Origin: Blastocatellia bacterium
Lineage (GTDB): Bacteria; Acidobacteriota; Blastocatellia; UBA7656
Assembly: GCA_963765495.1 (NCBI GenBank)
Contig: CAVXWP010000008.1
Location: 640,001-704,000, forward strand
Length of the DNA stretch: 64,000 bases
Reading direction: 5' to 3'
Under the pieces are notes generated by a model that saw only the letters and a program-made list of their open reading frames with translations, did no database searches and was not told the DNA's origin. Positions 40,835 through 50,776 of the stretch are shown here, in pieces (position 1 is the stretch's first letter; each line of letters begins with the position of its first letter). A program made the translations under genes and the position numbers.

Positions 40835-42430
40835 TTGAGCATCACCGTCAAACAACCTTGTGATGCGGGAGCGATTTTATCTCCGAAGGCCAGCGCCCCC
40901 TGTTCACCTGCATCCGGGCCGTGGGTTCTGGCCGCGACTATTCTCGGCTCGAGCATGGCCTTTATCGATGGGACGGTTGTCAATGTAGCGCTCCCCGCGC
41001 TACAGGCAAATCTAAATGCGACGGCCGTTGACGTGCAATGGGTAGTTGAATCCTACGCACTTTTACTGGCTTCTCTGCTTCTGATCGGCGGTTCGCTTGG
41101 TGACATTTACGGGCGAAAGCGCGTATACGCGACAGGCGTATTTCTCTTCGCGGCGGCTTCAACCTGGTGCGGCTTTGCGCCAAATGTGAGCCAGTTGATT
41201 TTCGCGCGAGCGGTGCAGGGGATAGGCTCCGCGCTCGTAGTGCCGGGAAGCCTCGCTATAATCAGCGCTTCGTTCAGAGAGAAGGACAGGGGCCGCGCCA
41301 TAGGTACGTGGTCGGGCTTCACGGCCATCACGGCCGCTGCGGGGCCTGTGCTTGGCGGCTGGTTGATAGAGCATGCATCCTGGCGATGGGTATTCTTTAT
41401 CAACCTTCCTCTTGCCTTGATAGTCTTAATCATAACGTTCCGGCACGTGCCTGAGAGCCGGAATCCAAAGGCGACAGCGGGGCCGGATTGGGCCGGGGCA
41501 GGGCTTGCGGCCATCGGGCTCGGCGGATTGATTTATGGCCTTATCGAATCATCAAACAGAGGTTGGAAAGAACCCCTTGTGATTGCAACTCTCCTGATGG
41601 GGCTTCTGGTGCTGGCGTTATTTTTTGTGATCGAGGCGCGAAGGCGAGCGCCCCTTCTCCCTCTCGATCTGTTTCGCTCTCGCAATTTTTCCGGGGCAAA
41701 CCTGCTGACGCTTTTTCTTTATAGCGCATTGAACGGGGCGCTTTTCTTTCTTCCTTTGAATCTGATACAGGTGCAGGGCTACACGGCGACGAGTGCCGGG
41801 GCCGCCATGCTGCCGTTCATCCTCCTCATGTTTCTCTTGTCCAGGTGGTCGGGCGGGCTTGTGGGGCGAGTCGGCGCGAGGCTGCCTCTCGTAATCGGAC
41901 CTGTCATAACGGGAATCGGTTTCGCGCTCTTTGCCCTGCCGTCAATCGGCGGCAACTACTGGACAATGTGGTTTCCGGCGGTCGTCGTGATGGGGCTGGG
42001 AATGGCAATAAGCGTTGCGCCGCTTACGACGACGGTGATGAACGCGGTAGGTGAAGAACAGGCAGGGATCGCTTCGGGGGTGAATAACGCGGTCTCTCGC
42101 GTAGCGGCGGTCCTTGCAATCGCGGTGTTTGGCATTATTATGCTCGGGGCCTTCAACCATAATCTTGACAGGCGGTTGACGGCTTTCAATCTTACTCCCG
42201 AACTCAGACAGAAGCTCGAAGATCAACTTATAAGACTTGCGGCAGCCCGTGTCCCGGATGAAATAGATGCGGGAACAAAAACGGAGATCGAACGATCCAT
42301 AGACGAATCATTCGTAGCCGGGTTTCGGCTTGTTATGTTTGTGGCCTCCGGTCTGGCGCTTGCGAGCGCGGCCTGCTCGTTGTTGATAATAAGAGATAAG
42401 CCAGAGACAGTCCCAAAGCCAGACCTGTGA
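40835..42430 (+). CDS. MFS transporter, DHA2 (14-TM) family
   Basis: FIDGTVVNVALP, GSLGDIYGRKR, WRWVFFINLP. Confidence 0.92.
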   Translation: MSITVKQPCDAGAILSPKASAPCSPASGPWVLAATILGSSMAFIDGTVVNVALPALQANLNATAVDVQWVVESYALLLASLLLIGGSLGDIYGRKRVYATGVFLFAAASTWCGFAPNVSQLIFARAVQGIGSALVVPGSLAIISASFREKDRGRAIGTWSGFTAITAAAGPVLGGWLIEHASWRWVFFINLPLALIVLIITFRHVPESRNPKATAGPDWAGAGLAAIGLGGLIYGLIESSNRGWKEPLVIATLLMGLLVLALFFVIEARRRAPLLPLDLFRSRNFSGANLLTLFLYSALNGALFFLPLNLIQVQGYTATSAGAAMLPFILLMFLLSRWSGGLVGRVGARLPLVIGPVITGIGFALFALPSIGGNYWTMWFPAVVVMGLGMAISVAPLTTTVMNAVGEEQAGIASGVNNAVSRVAAVLAIAVFGIIMLGAFNHNLDRRLTAFNLTPELRQKLEDQLIRLAAARVPDEIDAGTKTEIERSIDESFVAGFRLVMFVASGLALASAACSLLIIRDKPETVPKPDL

Positions 42431-42441
42431 CAGAGGCGGAA

Positions 42442-43428
42442 TCAACCCCTGTCCACAAATTTGTACAGGGCTTCATTATATCGGTCGCCGGTTTTTGGAA
42501 AGGCGATCAGCAGTTCTTCGAGACGCCCGAAATCGGCGGTCGTTAATTCAACATCAACCGCACAGGCATTTTCCAACAGGTATTTTCTTCGCTTGGTTCC
42601 CGGAATCGGTATGATGTTTTCTCCCTGCGCCAGTACCCACGCCAGAGCCAGTTGCGCGGGAGTGCAGTCTTTCGTTTTTGCTATCTCAGCAAACCCCTCC
42701 GAAAGACGTTTGTTGTTCTCGGCATATTCGCCCTGATAACGCGGGAGTGATTTACGCATATCATTGGTTTCCAGAGAATTCACATCAACCGTATTGGTTA
42801 TCAGACCTCTAGCGAGCGGACTGAATGGAACAAAGGAGATGCCGAGCGACGCGCACAGCGGCAGTATCTCTTCTTCAACCTCTCTTGTCAGCAGAGAGTA
42901 TTCGCTCTGGAGCGCGCTTATGGGATGCACCGAATGAGCTTTGCGGATCGATGCAGGAGCAGCCTCCGATAACCCTATAAAACGCACCTTGCCCTCTCTT
43001 ACCAGATCGGCCATCGCACCGACCGTCTCTTCAATCGGAGTGTTCGGATCTATCCTATGCAGATAGTAGAGATCAATCACATCGGTTTGTAACCTTCTCA
43101 GGCTGCCTTCGACGGCGGTTTTCACATAGGCAGGTGAACCGTCTACACCTGAAAATGTGCCATCGGGGCCCGTCACAAAGCCAAATTTTGTAGCGATAAA
43201 AACCTTGCTGCGATTGGGCTTCAGCACTCTTGAAACCAGCGTTTCATTTCTACCACCGGCATACACATCGGCGGTGTCCCAAAAGTTGACGCCGATATCG
43301 AGAGCCTTTTCCATTGTGGCTAGAGACTCCTGATCATCAGGTTTACCATAACCATGATTCATGCCCATGCATCCGAGACCTATGGCTGAAAGCTTCTCTT
43401 CTGTATTTCCTAATCTTCTGAATTTCAT
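42442..43428 (-). CDS. Aldo/keto reductase
   Basis: GLGCMGM, DTADVY, IATKFG, DLYYLHR, IPIPGT. Confidence 0.93.
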   Translation of the reverse strand: MKFRRLGNTEEKLSAIGLGCMGMNHGYGKPDDQESLATMEKALDIGVNFWDTADVYAGGRNETLVSRVLKPNRSKVFIATKFGFVTGPDGTFSGVDGSPAYVKTAVEGSLRRLQTDVIDLYYLHRIDPNTPIEETVGAMADLVREGKVRFIGLSEAAPASIRKAHSVHPISALQSEYSLLTREVEEEILPLCASLGISFVPFSPLARGLITNTVDVNSLETNDMRKSLPRYQGEYAENNKRLSEGFAEIAKTKDCTPAQLALAWVLAQGENIIPIPGTKRRKYLLENACAVDVELTTADFGRLEELLIAFPKTGDRYNEALYKFVDRG

Positions 43429-43538
43429 GATTTTATTCTAAACCATTCCGACCATCATTCGGAATTTCGAAATTATGTTCCCAACCATTCTCGTGCTAAT
43501 ATGCGGGTAGATAATAGCCTCAAGGAGGGACGTCAGGC

Positions 43539-44465
43539 ATGGGTAATTCTTTATGGCCCGCGCTGCCACTGGCTGAGTGGCAGGATACGTATGCAACGCT
43601 GCACATGTGGACACAGATAGTCGGAAAGATTCGCCTGGCGCAAACGCCGCTCGTCAACCACTGGTGGAACGTGCCGCTGTATGTGACCGCGCGCGGGCTT
43701 ACGACTTCGGCAATGCCCTATAAAGATCGGTCCTTCGAAATTGATTTCGACTTCATAGACCATAGACTTCTCATCAAGAGCAATGACGGGGCTACGGAAA
43801 CTATCGCGCTGGTTCCCCGCTCCGTGGCCGATTTTTATAAAGAGGTCATGCAGAGACTGGGCAACCTGCAAATAGAGGTAAAGATATGGCCGGTTCCGGT
43901 TGAAGTAGAAAACCCGATCCCTTTCGAGCAGGATCATCAGAACGCCTCTTACGACCCCGAGTATGCAAACAGGTTCTGGCGCATTCTTGTGCGAACAGAT
44001 GAGGTGTTTACACGATTTCGCTCGCGATTCATAGGAAAATGCAGCCCCGTACATTTCTTCTGGGGGAGTTTTGATCTGGCCGTGACGCGATTCTCGGGGC
44101 GGCGAGCGCCTGAGCGCGAAGGGGTAGACCTGATCACGCGAGAAGCGTACTCGCACGAGGTGATCAGCCACGGCTTCTGGCCGGGCGTGCGCGGCTCAGG
44201 GTCGGCTGAACGCGATAACTCGGATGGCTTACTCCACGAACCGGCCTTTTACTCTTACACTGCTCCTGAGCCTGCCGGTCTAAATCGAGAGCCGGTCCGC
44301 CCCGGTGAGGCTTACTACAGCGAGACCATGAAAGAGTTTATCCTGACTTATAACGATGTCCGTAATGCGGCCTCACCCGAAACTGCATTGATGGAATTTC
44401 TCGAAAGCACATACGAAGCAGGGGCAAAACTCGCAAAATGGGACCGCGCAGAATTGGAGCAGTGA
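43539..44465 (+). CDS. DUF5996-like family protein
   Basis: TLHMWTQIVGK, NHWW, SPVHFFWGSFDLAVTRFSG, EAYSHEVIS. Confidence 0.8.
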   Translation: MGNSLWPALPLAEWQDTYATLHMWTQIVGKIRLAQTPLVNHWWNVPLYVTARGLTTSAMPYKDRSFEIDFDFIDHRLLIKSNDGATETIALVPRSVADFYKEVMQRLGNLQIEVKIWPVPVEVENPIPFEQDHQNASYDPEYANRFWRILVRTDEVFTRFRSRFIGKCSPVHFFWGSFDLAVTRFSGRRAPEREGVDLITREAYSHEVISHGFWPGVRGSGSAERDNSDGLLHEPAFYSYTAPEPAGLNREPVRPGEAYYSETMKEFILTYNDVRNAASPETALMEFLESTYEAGAKLAKWDRAELEQ

Positions 44466-44528
44466 AAATAGAGAGCCCAATCACCCCGCAAGAGATCGGT
44501 GCATTTGAGCTTGGATGAAAGGCGGATC

Positions 44529-44637
44529 GGAATAGGCCACGGATGAACGCGGATCGGGCGGATTTTCGCGGATCAGGTCAAATAATGTCTATTCCGTATT
44601 AATCCGTCGCATTCGCGCTCACCCGTGGCCTAATTTC
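44529..44637. repeat. Long imperfect palindromic element, copy 2 (same family as 21593-21698)
   Basis: Starts GGAATAGGCCACGGATGAACGCGGATCGGGCGGATTTTCGCGGAT and ends CCGTGGCCTAATTTC. Confidence 0.75.
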
Positions 44638-44652
44638 ATTTCCTTTCATGAA

Positions 44653-46389
44653 TCAGTCGGACGCTATCACATCCTGAACATATTTTTTGAAAGGCTCCGG
44701 GTATATTCTCTTTCGCTCTCGTTGCCGCTTGAGCATTTCTTCGAGTTCTTCCTGCACCTTTTTGAGTTCGGGAGATTTACGTGATCGCCTGGCCAGATTG
44801 TCCTCTTCGAGAGGGTCCTCGGTGACGTTGTACATCTCGAATTCAGGTTTAACAGGTTTGGTCTTTGTGATGGTCTTGCCCTTGACGGTCACAGTGTCGG
44901 ACTGAAACGGGGAGGACCAGAACTGTGGATTGTCAAAGTAGCGGGTATACTTCCAGAGTTGCCCGCCTTCGGCTGTCGGAAGAACAGCAAAGACCGATTC
45001 TAAATGGTCCGGCTCGATGACCGCATCATAAGGCTTCCCGGTGAGCGGGTTTGTCTGGTTCAAACCCTTACTCGGCTCGTCATCAGTCATGAAATAAAGC
45101 GGCGCGCCGTTACGGTCGGCACCTGCTTTGCCCGTGACAACAGGTGAGAGGTCACGCCCTACAAGGCGTCTGACCTCGTTATGATCGTCTCTCAATATCT
45201 TCTGAACCCTCTTGAGGTCGATTCCGGCAAGTCCCAAAAGCGTCGGTATAACATCCACATGACTGGTTAACATCTCAGTGGACCGAGGCTCTTTAAAAAG
45301 TAAGGGATTAGAGATTATCAACGGTACGTGTACCGCCTCTTCGTATGCGGAATGCCATTTCTGGTGCATATTGCCGTGAGCGCCCAGCATCTCGCCATGA
45401 TCAGAGGTAAAAATCACAATCGTGTTTTCATAGAAATCAGAGTTTTGCAGCCTCTTGAAAACTGTCGAGATGTGGCGATCCACTTCCTTTTGGAGGTAGT
45501 AGTAAAACTGGCGATAAATCTCGACGGTAGGCTGCGGCATGAGCATTTTAGGATAAGTGTCAACATAGCTCTGCTGACAGCGAGGCTTGGTGTCAAGCTT
45601 TTCACCTTCGGTAGGCGGAGGCGGGATATCGGGGACAACTCCCCTTGTGTAGGGATATCCAAATCTCTCCCATGCCAGCCCGAACAGGACGAGGTCATGA
45701 GGGTTGACGAATGAGTTGACGATGAGCCAGGGGCTCGCTTCCGGCCCGGCTTTCTTATGCTCGGCTTCGAGTTCGTCAAGAACTTGTAAGGTCTGTTTTG
45801 CAAACCCCGGGTCACGGTTTGTCCCGCAGTTTTGCTGTAAGTTCCCGTGCGGCTCGGGGCCTATCCATCCGGTGAATCCATAATCATTAAGCCGGTTGGC
45901 GCTTAGATAGAGGTCTATGATGCGCGGGACCGGCCGGGGAACTATCTTTCCGTTCTTGCCTGTAAACACTTCATAGCTTTCAAGCGCGTCATGACTTCCC
46001 GGAAGAATGATGTCGGCGTGTGAGACGTGCCACTTTCCTTTATAGAAGGTGCGATACCCGGCGGCGCGGAAGTAATCCCCCATCGTGGGCACGCTGCTGG
46101 CGTCCAGCCAGAATACGTCCGGGTCAAAGGAACCCTTGGCAGCGCCGGTCGTCTGAGAGACCCCATGCAGCGAAGGATACTGGCCCGTATAAAACGAGGC
46201 CCGACTTGGGGAACAGGCTGTAGCAGCGGCATAATGCCTGTGAAACTCTATCCCCTCCTTGCGCATGGCCTCTTGCGCCTTAAGGTTCTTTTTGCGAAAT
46301 GCTTTTACGGCCTCAGTCTCATAGACCGGGGGGTAACGCTCTTCATCTACCATGAAAATCAGAAAGTTCGGCTTCTTACCCTTAAGCAT
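44653..46389 (-). CDS. Sulfatase family hydrolase (Cys-type)
   Basis: PNFLIFMVDE, CSPSRASFYTG (CxPxR), GKWH, FTSDHG. Confidence 0.9.
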   Translation of the reverse strand: MLKGKKPNFLIFMVDEERYPPVYETEAVKAFRKKNLKAQEAMRKEGIEFHRHYAAATACSPSRASFYTGQYPSLHGVSQTTGAAKGSFDPDVFWLDASSVPTMGDYFRAAGYRTFYKGKWHVSHADIILPGSHDALESYEVFTGKNGKIVPRPVPRIIDLYLSANRLNDYGFTGWIGPEPHGNLQQNCGTNRDPGFAKQTLQVLDELEAEHKKAGPEASPWLIVNSFVNPHDLVLFGLAWERFGYPYTRGVVPDIPPPPTEGEKLDTKPRCQQSYVDTYPKMLMPQPTVEIYRQFYYYLQKEVDRHISTVFKRLQNSDFYENTIVIFTSDHGEMLGAHGNMHQKWHSAYEEAVHVPLIISNPLLFKEPRSTEMLTSHVDVIPTLLGLAGIDLKRVQKILRDDHNEVRRLVGRDLSPVVTGKAGADRNGAPLYFMTDDEPSKGLNQTNPLTGKPYDAVIEPDHLESVFAVLPTAEGGQLWKYTRYFDNPQFWSSPFQSDTVTVKGKTITKTKPVKPEFEMYNVTEDPLEEDNLARRSRKSPELKKVQEELEEMLKRQRERKRIYPEPFKKYVQDVIASD

Positions 46390-46760
46390 TCTTATCTATC
46401 CTCCTTTTGCATATGAAATGTAATCCAAACAACGGAGGCATTCTATAATGAAACAATAATTACTTCAAATCACATTTTTTTCAGCACGGATAAAGAGGCA
46501 GAGAGAGCCATACGCCAATGTGCATCAGGGGCAATGCACCACACGTTTGTACTCATCGCAGGCGGGGGAAATAACCAGAAGACTTAAAATCCAGTATATT
46601 TTAATTCTGAAGGAAGGCTCGCAGGGCGCGGGAATATAGAAGAGAAGAGGTATATGCCAGACCAGCGCGACAGACTAAATAGATGATCCGATAAATAAAA
46701 AATGAAGCGTGCTTGGGCGGCCCACCGTCAGATGGGCACACTTCACCCTTTGCAGTCTGC

Positions 46761-47646
46761 TTACATAAGGATTCGGTTGAGATGTACCAATCCGACTACT
46801 GCCGACGCTACCATCGGGAACAACCCCATTGCCAGCCGATACTTCTCTCTCATGATCTTGAATCCTTTCACTCTTCTTATGCCGTGTTCTACATGTACCC
46901 TCACTCGCGCCTTCGCTCGATTCTCCTCTCGCTCATCATCACTTAGCTCACCTCCTTTCGGCTTCTTGTGTGGTACTTCGATTCCCTCTGTGCCCTGATA
47001 TCCCAAATCCCCTTGCTTGCTCGCTTCTCGATATTTCTCCCCCACTCCACTGGCTTCATATACTCGCTTATCCGATGCTGGCCCGCGATGCCCTCCACTG
47101 ATACCCAGCACTTCTCCCTTTCGATCACTCTCTACTTGGCTCTTGAGCGTGTGGCATTTCTTTTTACCAGAATATACCCGTTTTTGACGTTCATAATTGG
47201 AGGGGCGGGGTATTGGCGTCTCAAAACTGTCGATGAGAATTCGGTCAATCTCTTGGATTTTGAGGCTCGGTTCCTGACCTCGAAACCTCTTCTGTGCCTC
47301 AAAGCGATTGGAGGGAAAGAGTTCTCTGAGCAAGGGGACAATCTCGTGAAAGAGATTCTCGGAGGTGTCGGCGCTAACACCAAACAACGCTGCGACAACG
47401 CGCGTGAGCGAGGTTGTGACGCAGGTAGATGAGAACGAGCAAGACCTCCTGAGAAGGAGTGAGTTTGGGTTTTCTACCGCCACCGAGAGCGCGTTTGCGA
47501 TCAGGGCGAAGAAGTTTGGCCTGTTGACGGAGATGAACCAAGACCGGCACGGTAGTAGACAACAATTGTTGAAGGGCGTTTGTCGTCATGCGGGTCAAGG
47601 CGCGGAGTCTTGCAGGTTTGAGATTGTTGATTTGTTCGATTGTCAT
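46761..47646 (-). pseudogene. IS5-family-like transposase (HTH_Tnp_4 + DDE_Tnp_4), frameshifted
   Basis: ORF1 [15 protein letters not shown] continues in another frame as [46 protein letters not shown]; the break is near 47400. Confidence 0.85.
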
Positions 47647-47688
47647 GCGAATAGTTTACCAAAGTCCTTCTTATTCCTCGGATCATCT

Positions 47689-47751
<63 letters not shown>

Positions 47752-47755
47752 TAAG

Positions 47756-47791
47756 AAAAAGCGAAGGGCTGCCCTGAGGGTGGCCCTTCGC
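47756..47791 (-). terminator. Intrinsic terminator of the GNAT-like gene
   Basis: Minus strand GCGAAGGGCCACCC-TCA-GGGCAGCCCTTCGC-TTTTT. Confidence 0.75.
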
Positions 47792-47829
47792 CCCTGTTGA
47801 GTCAACATGAAATGATCTGAAATATTGGG

Positions 47830-48438
47830 CTAAATGCTGCTCGCCCGCCGTCGCCAGGATGCCGCTGAGGCTGAAAAGGCATCTCTCGATTTTGCGACCT
47901 CCTGCTCTGCTTCCAATATAGCCTGTTCGGACCTTGGCGCTCGCTCATCCCTTACAAGGGCTCGGCTGCGCCCATACTCTGACAGAAAGTCGAGATTGCC
48001 CGGCACAAACGCAAGCCATTTTGACATCAGTGATTGCCCGGCTCGCTCGGCGTTGAACAACAACCAGGTGAATTCGAATCGGCCCGGGACGACAAAGCTG
48101 TGATGAGCCTCAAGCATCATTGCCAGCGGCACATTTATTCCTCTAAACGGCTTGAGTACGGCAAGCTGGGTATAACGCGCCACACGTGCATCGGGGTCAA
48201 ATGCCATTCCGAAACTTTCGTGCAGGGCCTGATTACCACTCGTATCCACTACGCTGAGCGCAGCAACGGCGTCCCCCTTACGTCCCGCTCGGGCAAGCAG
48301 GTGCAGGTGGTTCGGGTTTTCGAGCGCGCTCAGATAAGTGACCGATATACCCATCTCCCGCTCGAATACCTGCTGCCGTATGCGCATGATCGCTTCTTCA
48401 TCATCAATGGTCGTGGCTCTTTCAATTACTATTTCCAT
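47830..48438 (-). CDS. GNAT-fold N-acyltransferase-like protein
   Basis: IRQQVFEREMG N-terminal helix; RYTQLAVLKPFRG motif A; AGGAG RBS. Confidence 0.7.
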   Translation of the reverse strand: MEIVIERATTIDDEEAIMRIRQQVFEREMGISVTYLSALENPNHLHLLARAGRKGDAVAALSVVDTSGNQALHESFGMAFDPDARVARYTQLAVLKPFRGINVPLAMMLEAHHSFVVPGRFEFTWLLFNAERAGQSLMSKWLAFVPGNLDFLSEYGRSRALVRDERAPRSEQAILEAEQEVAKSRDAFSASAASWRRRASSI

Positions 48439-49231
48439 AAGAATCTCTCCTGAAAGCGAAAAGAAATGCGGGCCAGCTACGATCCATGCAATCCTCGTTT
48501 CACTTCAATATGTAAAACTATTCTTTTTATTTCATCCTCGATCCTTTGGTCTCTGGAGCCTGAGCCTCAGGTCGGATTTGCCTTCCCCCCGTGTAGCAAA
48601 CCTGTATGCTATACCCTTCCAAGGCCCGGAAGCCAGCCATATTGGGAGCCGGCTCCCGATTTCCTGACCGCCGATCAGGGTTCTTTGTCACATCGGGTAG
48701 TGACACAAAGCACTGATTCTCCATCTCTGAGGGTGTATTCTCGCATCAGGGTTCCAGAAATGGGGCCGGTCTCCATCGGATTGATCCCTTCACAGCAGAT
48801 AGGAGCAATGGGAGGCTGGTCTCTCTGAATGGTTCGTTTGACTCCTTCACTCTCCTTGCGGAGTCCGGTCCCAGTCTGGGGCTGACAGCCTGTGATCTCA
48901 CTCTCTACTTTGAGGCTGTCAGCCACTTCCCCGTTATTTCTCTGTCTGCCAATTGGGTATATCTTCGCAATCTTCTGCGGAAAAATTCTCGACACGTGCT
49001 CCGGTCAAAGGCTGACCCGGAATAACTCTTAACACCTGACCTGCAAGCGCGTACACCCATCAAGTGATTTGTTTTCAATGAGAAACAGACACTCCGAGCA
49101 GACGTCTACGCAATTTGACCACCCCCAATAACTTTGTGAACGAGAATTGCGACAGGTTATTGAGCCGGACAGATTATAACGCTTTGCCTCAGAAAGTATC
49201 ATCAGTTCGGCCAAACGAGGGGTACAAGAAA

Positions 49232-50776
49232 ATGGCAACCTTGAGAAATTCGATTCAATCCGACGGACCGTTTCCAGCAGACCGAAAACCGGCAGATGAG
49301 ATGGGCGCGAAGAATGAAGCCTCGGTCATTGACCGTGTATTCCACATGCTCAGTTCGGTGCGCTTCGGTCTCATAATGCTGATGTTGCTGCTGGTCTGCT
49401 GCATAATCGGTATGATCATAGTGCAACAAAACGTGCAGGGCTTTCGCGAATACTACGAGAGCCTTACTCCTTCTCAGAGGCTCCTTTACAGCAAACTCGA
49501 TTTTTTTGATATTTATCATTCCTGGTATTTCACACTGCTGCTTGCTGTCACAGCCCTGAATATTATTCTCTCTTCCATAGACCGATTCCCCACCGCCTGG
49601 CGATATTTTCGCGACCCCAAATTGCTGGCTTCGCCTCAGTTCATCCGCGCACAGATGTTTAGCAGTACTACGCAGATGAATGACTCTTCTGAGAGAGTCG
49701 CCGAAAGCGTTGCAAAAGTCTGGTCGGGACGCGGGCTGCGCGCTCGCATAAACCGGGATGGTGATCGGATAACGGTATTTGCACAGCGAAATCTGTGGAA
49801 TCGGCTGGGGGCATACTTCGTACACGTAGCCCTGCTGACGATCTTCGTAGGAGGTTTCCTAACGAGCCGCTACGGAGTAGGCGGCGTAATGGAAATAGCA
49901 CCGGGGCAGAGCATCAATTCTTTCACAAAGTTTGCGACCGAAATCGAAGGCGAACAGGCGAGTAATGTCCAACTGCCCTTCACTGTAGAATGTACCGACC
50001 TTCAGCAGCAATTGATAAAACCCGAAGCCGGGCTGGACGTGATGAATACGATTGATTGGCTCAGCTTCGTCAAGATACGAGACGGGGCGACCGAAGAGGC
50101 AGCCCTTGTCCACCTGAACGCACCATTCGATTACCGGGGCTATCGATTCTTTCAATCGAGCTTCGAGCCTCGCGGCAACGCCAGACAGATTACCGTGCGC
50201 TTCGAGCCAGTGGGAGGCGGGCAGCCGCGAGAGGTCACAATTGAGCGGAACTCAACGGCTGATGTTGAAGGCATAGGGCAAATCGCCTACACCAATTTTT
50301 ACCCCGATTTCACGATGATCGGGGGGAAGCCCGCCACGCAAAGCGACGATTACTCAAATCCCGTGGCCGAACTTCGCATCACCGCGCCTGACGGCAAAGA
50401 GCGCAAAGCGCTGGCTTTCAACAATGAGATGGCCAGTCAGAGACCCAAGACAGGCAATCAGCAAAAAGAGAGCGCCTGGCTTTTGCCCGATGCCAGCCTG
50501 ATCTTGAAGGATTTCGAAAAGGTCGCCACATCGCATACTCTGACGGTTCAATATGACCCTGGAAGACTTCCAGTTTATACAGGGTTCGTACTGCTTTTTA
50601 TTTCATTGTGCGGCGTCTTTTTCTTTTCCCACCAGCGCGTATGGGCCGTCATCGTGCCCGATGGAAACTCCGCGAAGATTTTCTTCGGGGGCAACACCAA
50701 TCGTAATCGGCCCGCCTTTGAAGGACGTTTCAACTCACTCGTTCAATCTGTTATCGCAGGAAGGAGCAACCGATGA
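49232..50776 (+). CDS. resB: Cytochrome c biogenesis protein ResB/Ccs1 (System II)
   Basis: LSSVRFG, FDIYHSWYF, LGAYFVH, LNAPFDYRGYRFFQSS, YDPG. Confidence 0.9.
   Translation: MATLRNSIQSDGPFPADRKPADEMGAKNEASVIDRVFHMLSSVRFGLIMLMLLLVCCIIGMIIVQQNVQGFREYYESLTPSQRLLYSKLDFFDIYHSWYFTLLLAVTALNIILSSIDRFPTAWRYFRDPKLLASPQFIRAQMFSSTTQMNDSSERVAESVAKVWSGRGLRARINRDGDRITVFAQRNLWNRLGAYFVHVALLTIFVGGFLTSRYGVGGVMEIAPGQSINSFTKFATEIEGEQASNVQLPFTVECTDLQQQLIKPEAGLDVMNTIDWLSFVKIRDGATEEAALVHLNAPFDYRGYRFFQSSFEPRGNARQITVRFEPVGGGQPREVTIERNSTADVEGIGQIAYTNFYPDFTMIGGKPATQSDDYSNPVAELRITAPDGKERKALAFNNEMASQRPKTGNQQKESAWLLPDASLILKDFEKVATSHTLTVQYDPGRLPVYTGFVLLFISLCGVFFFSHQRVWAVIVPDGNSAKIFFGGNTNRNRPAFEGRFNSLVQSVIAGRSNR

Noticed and set aside
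48810-48870. Resemblance to glycine or c-di-GMP riboswitch fragments (GGAGAGTGAAGGAG, AACCATTC)
   Set aside because: The remaining conserved elements are missing; kept only as generic structured RNA.
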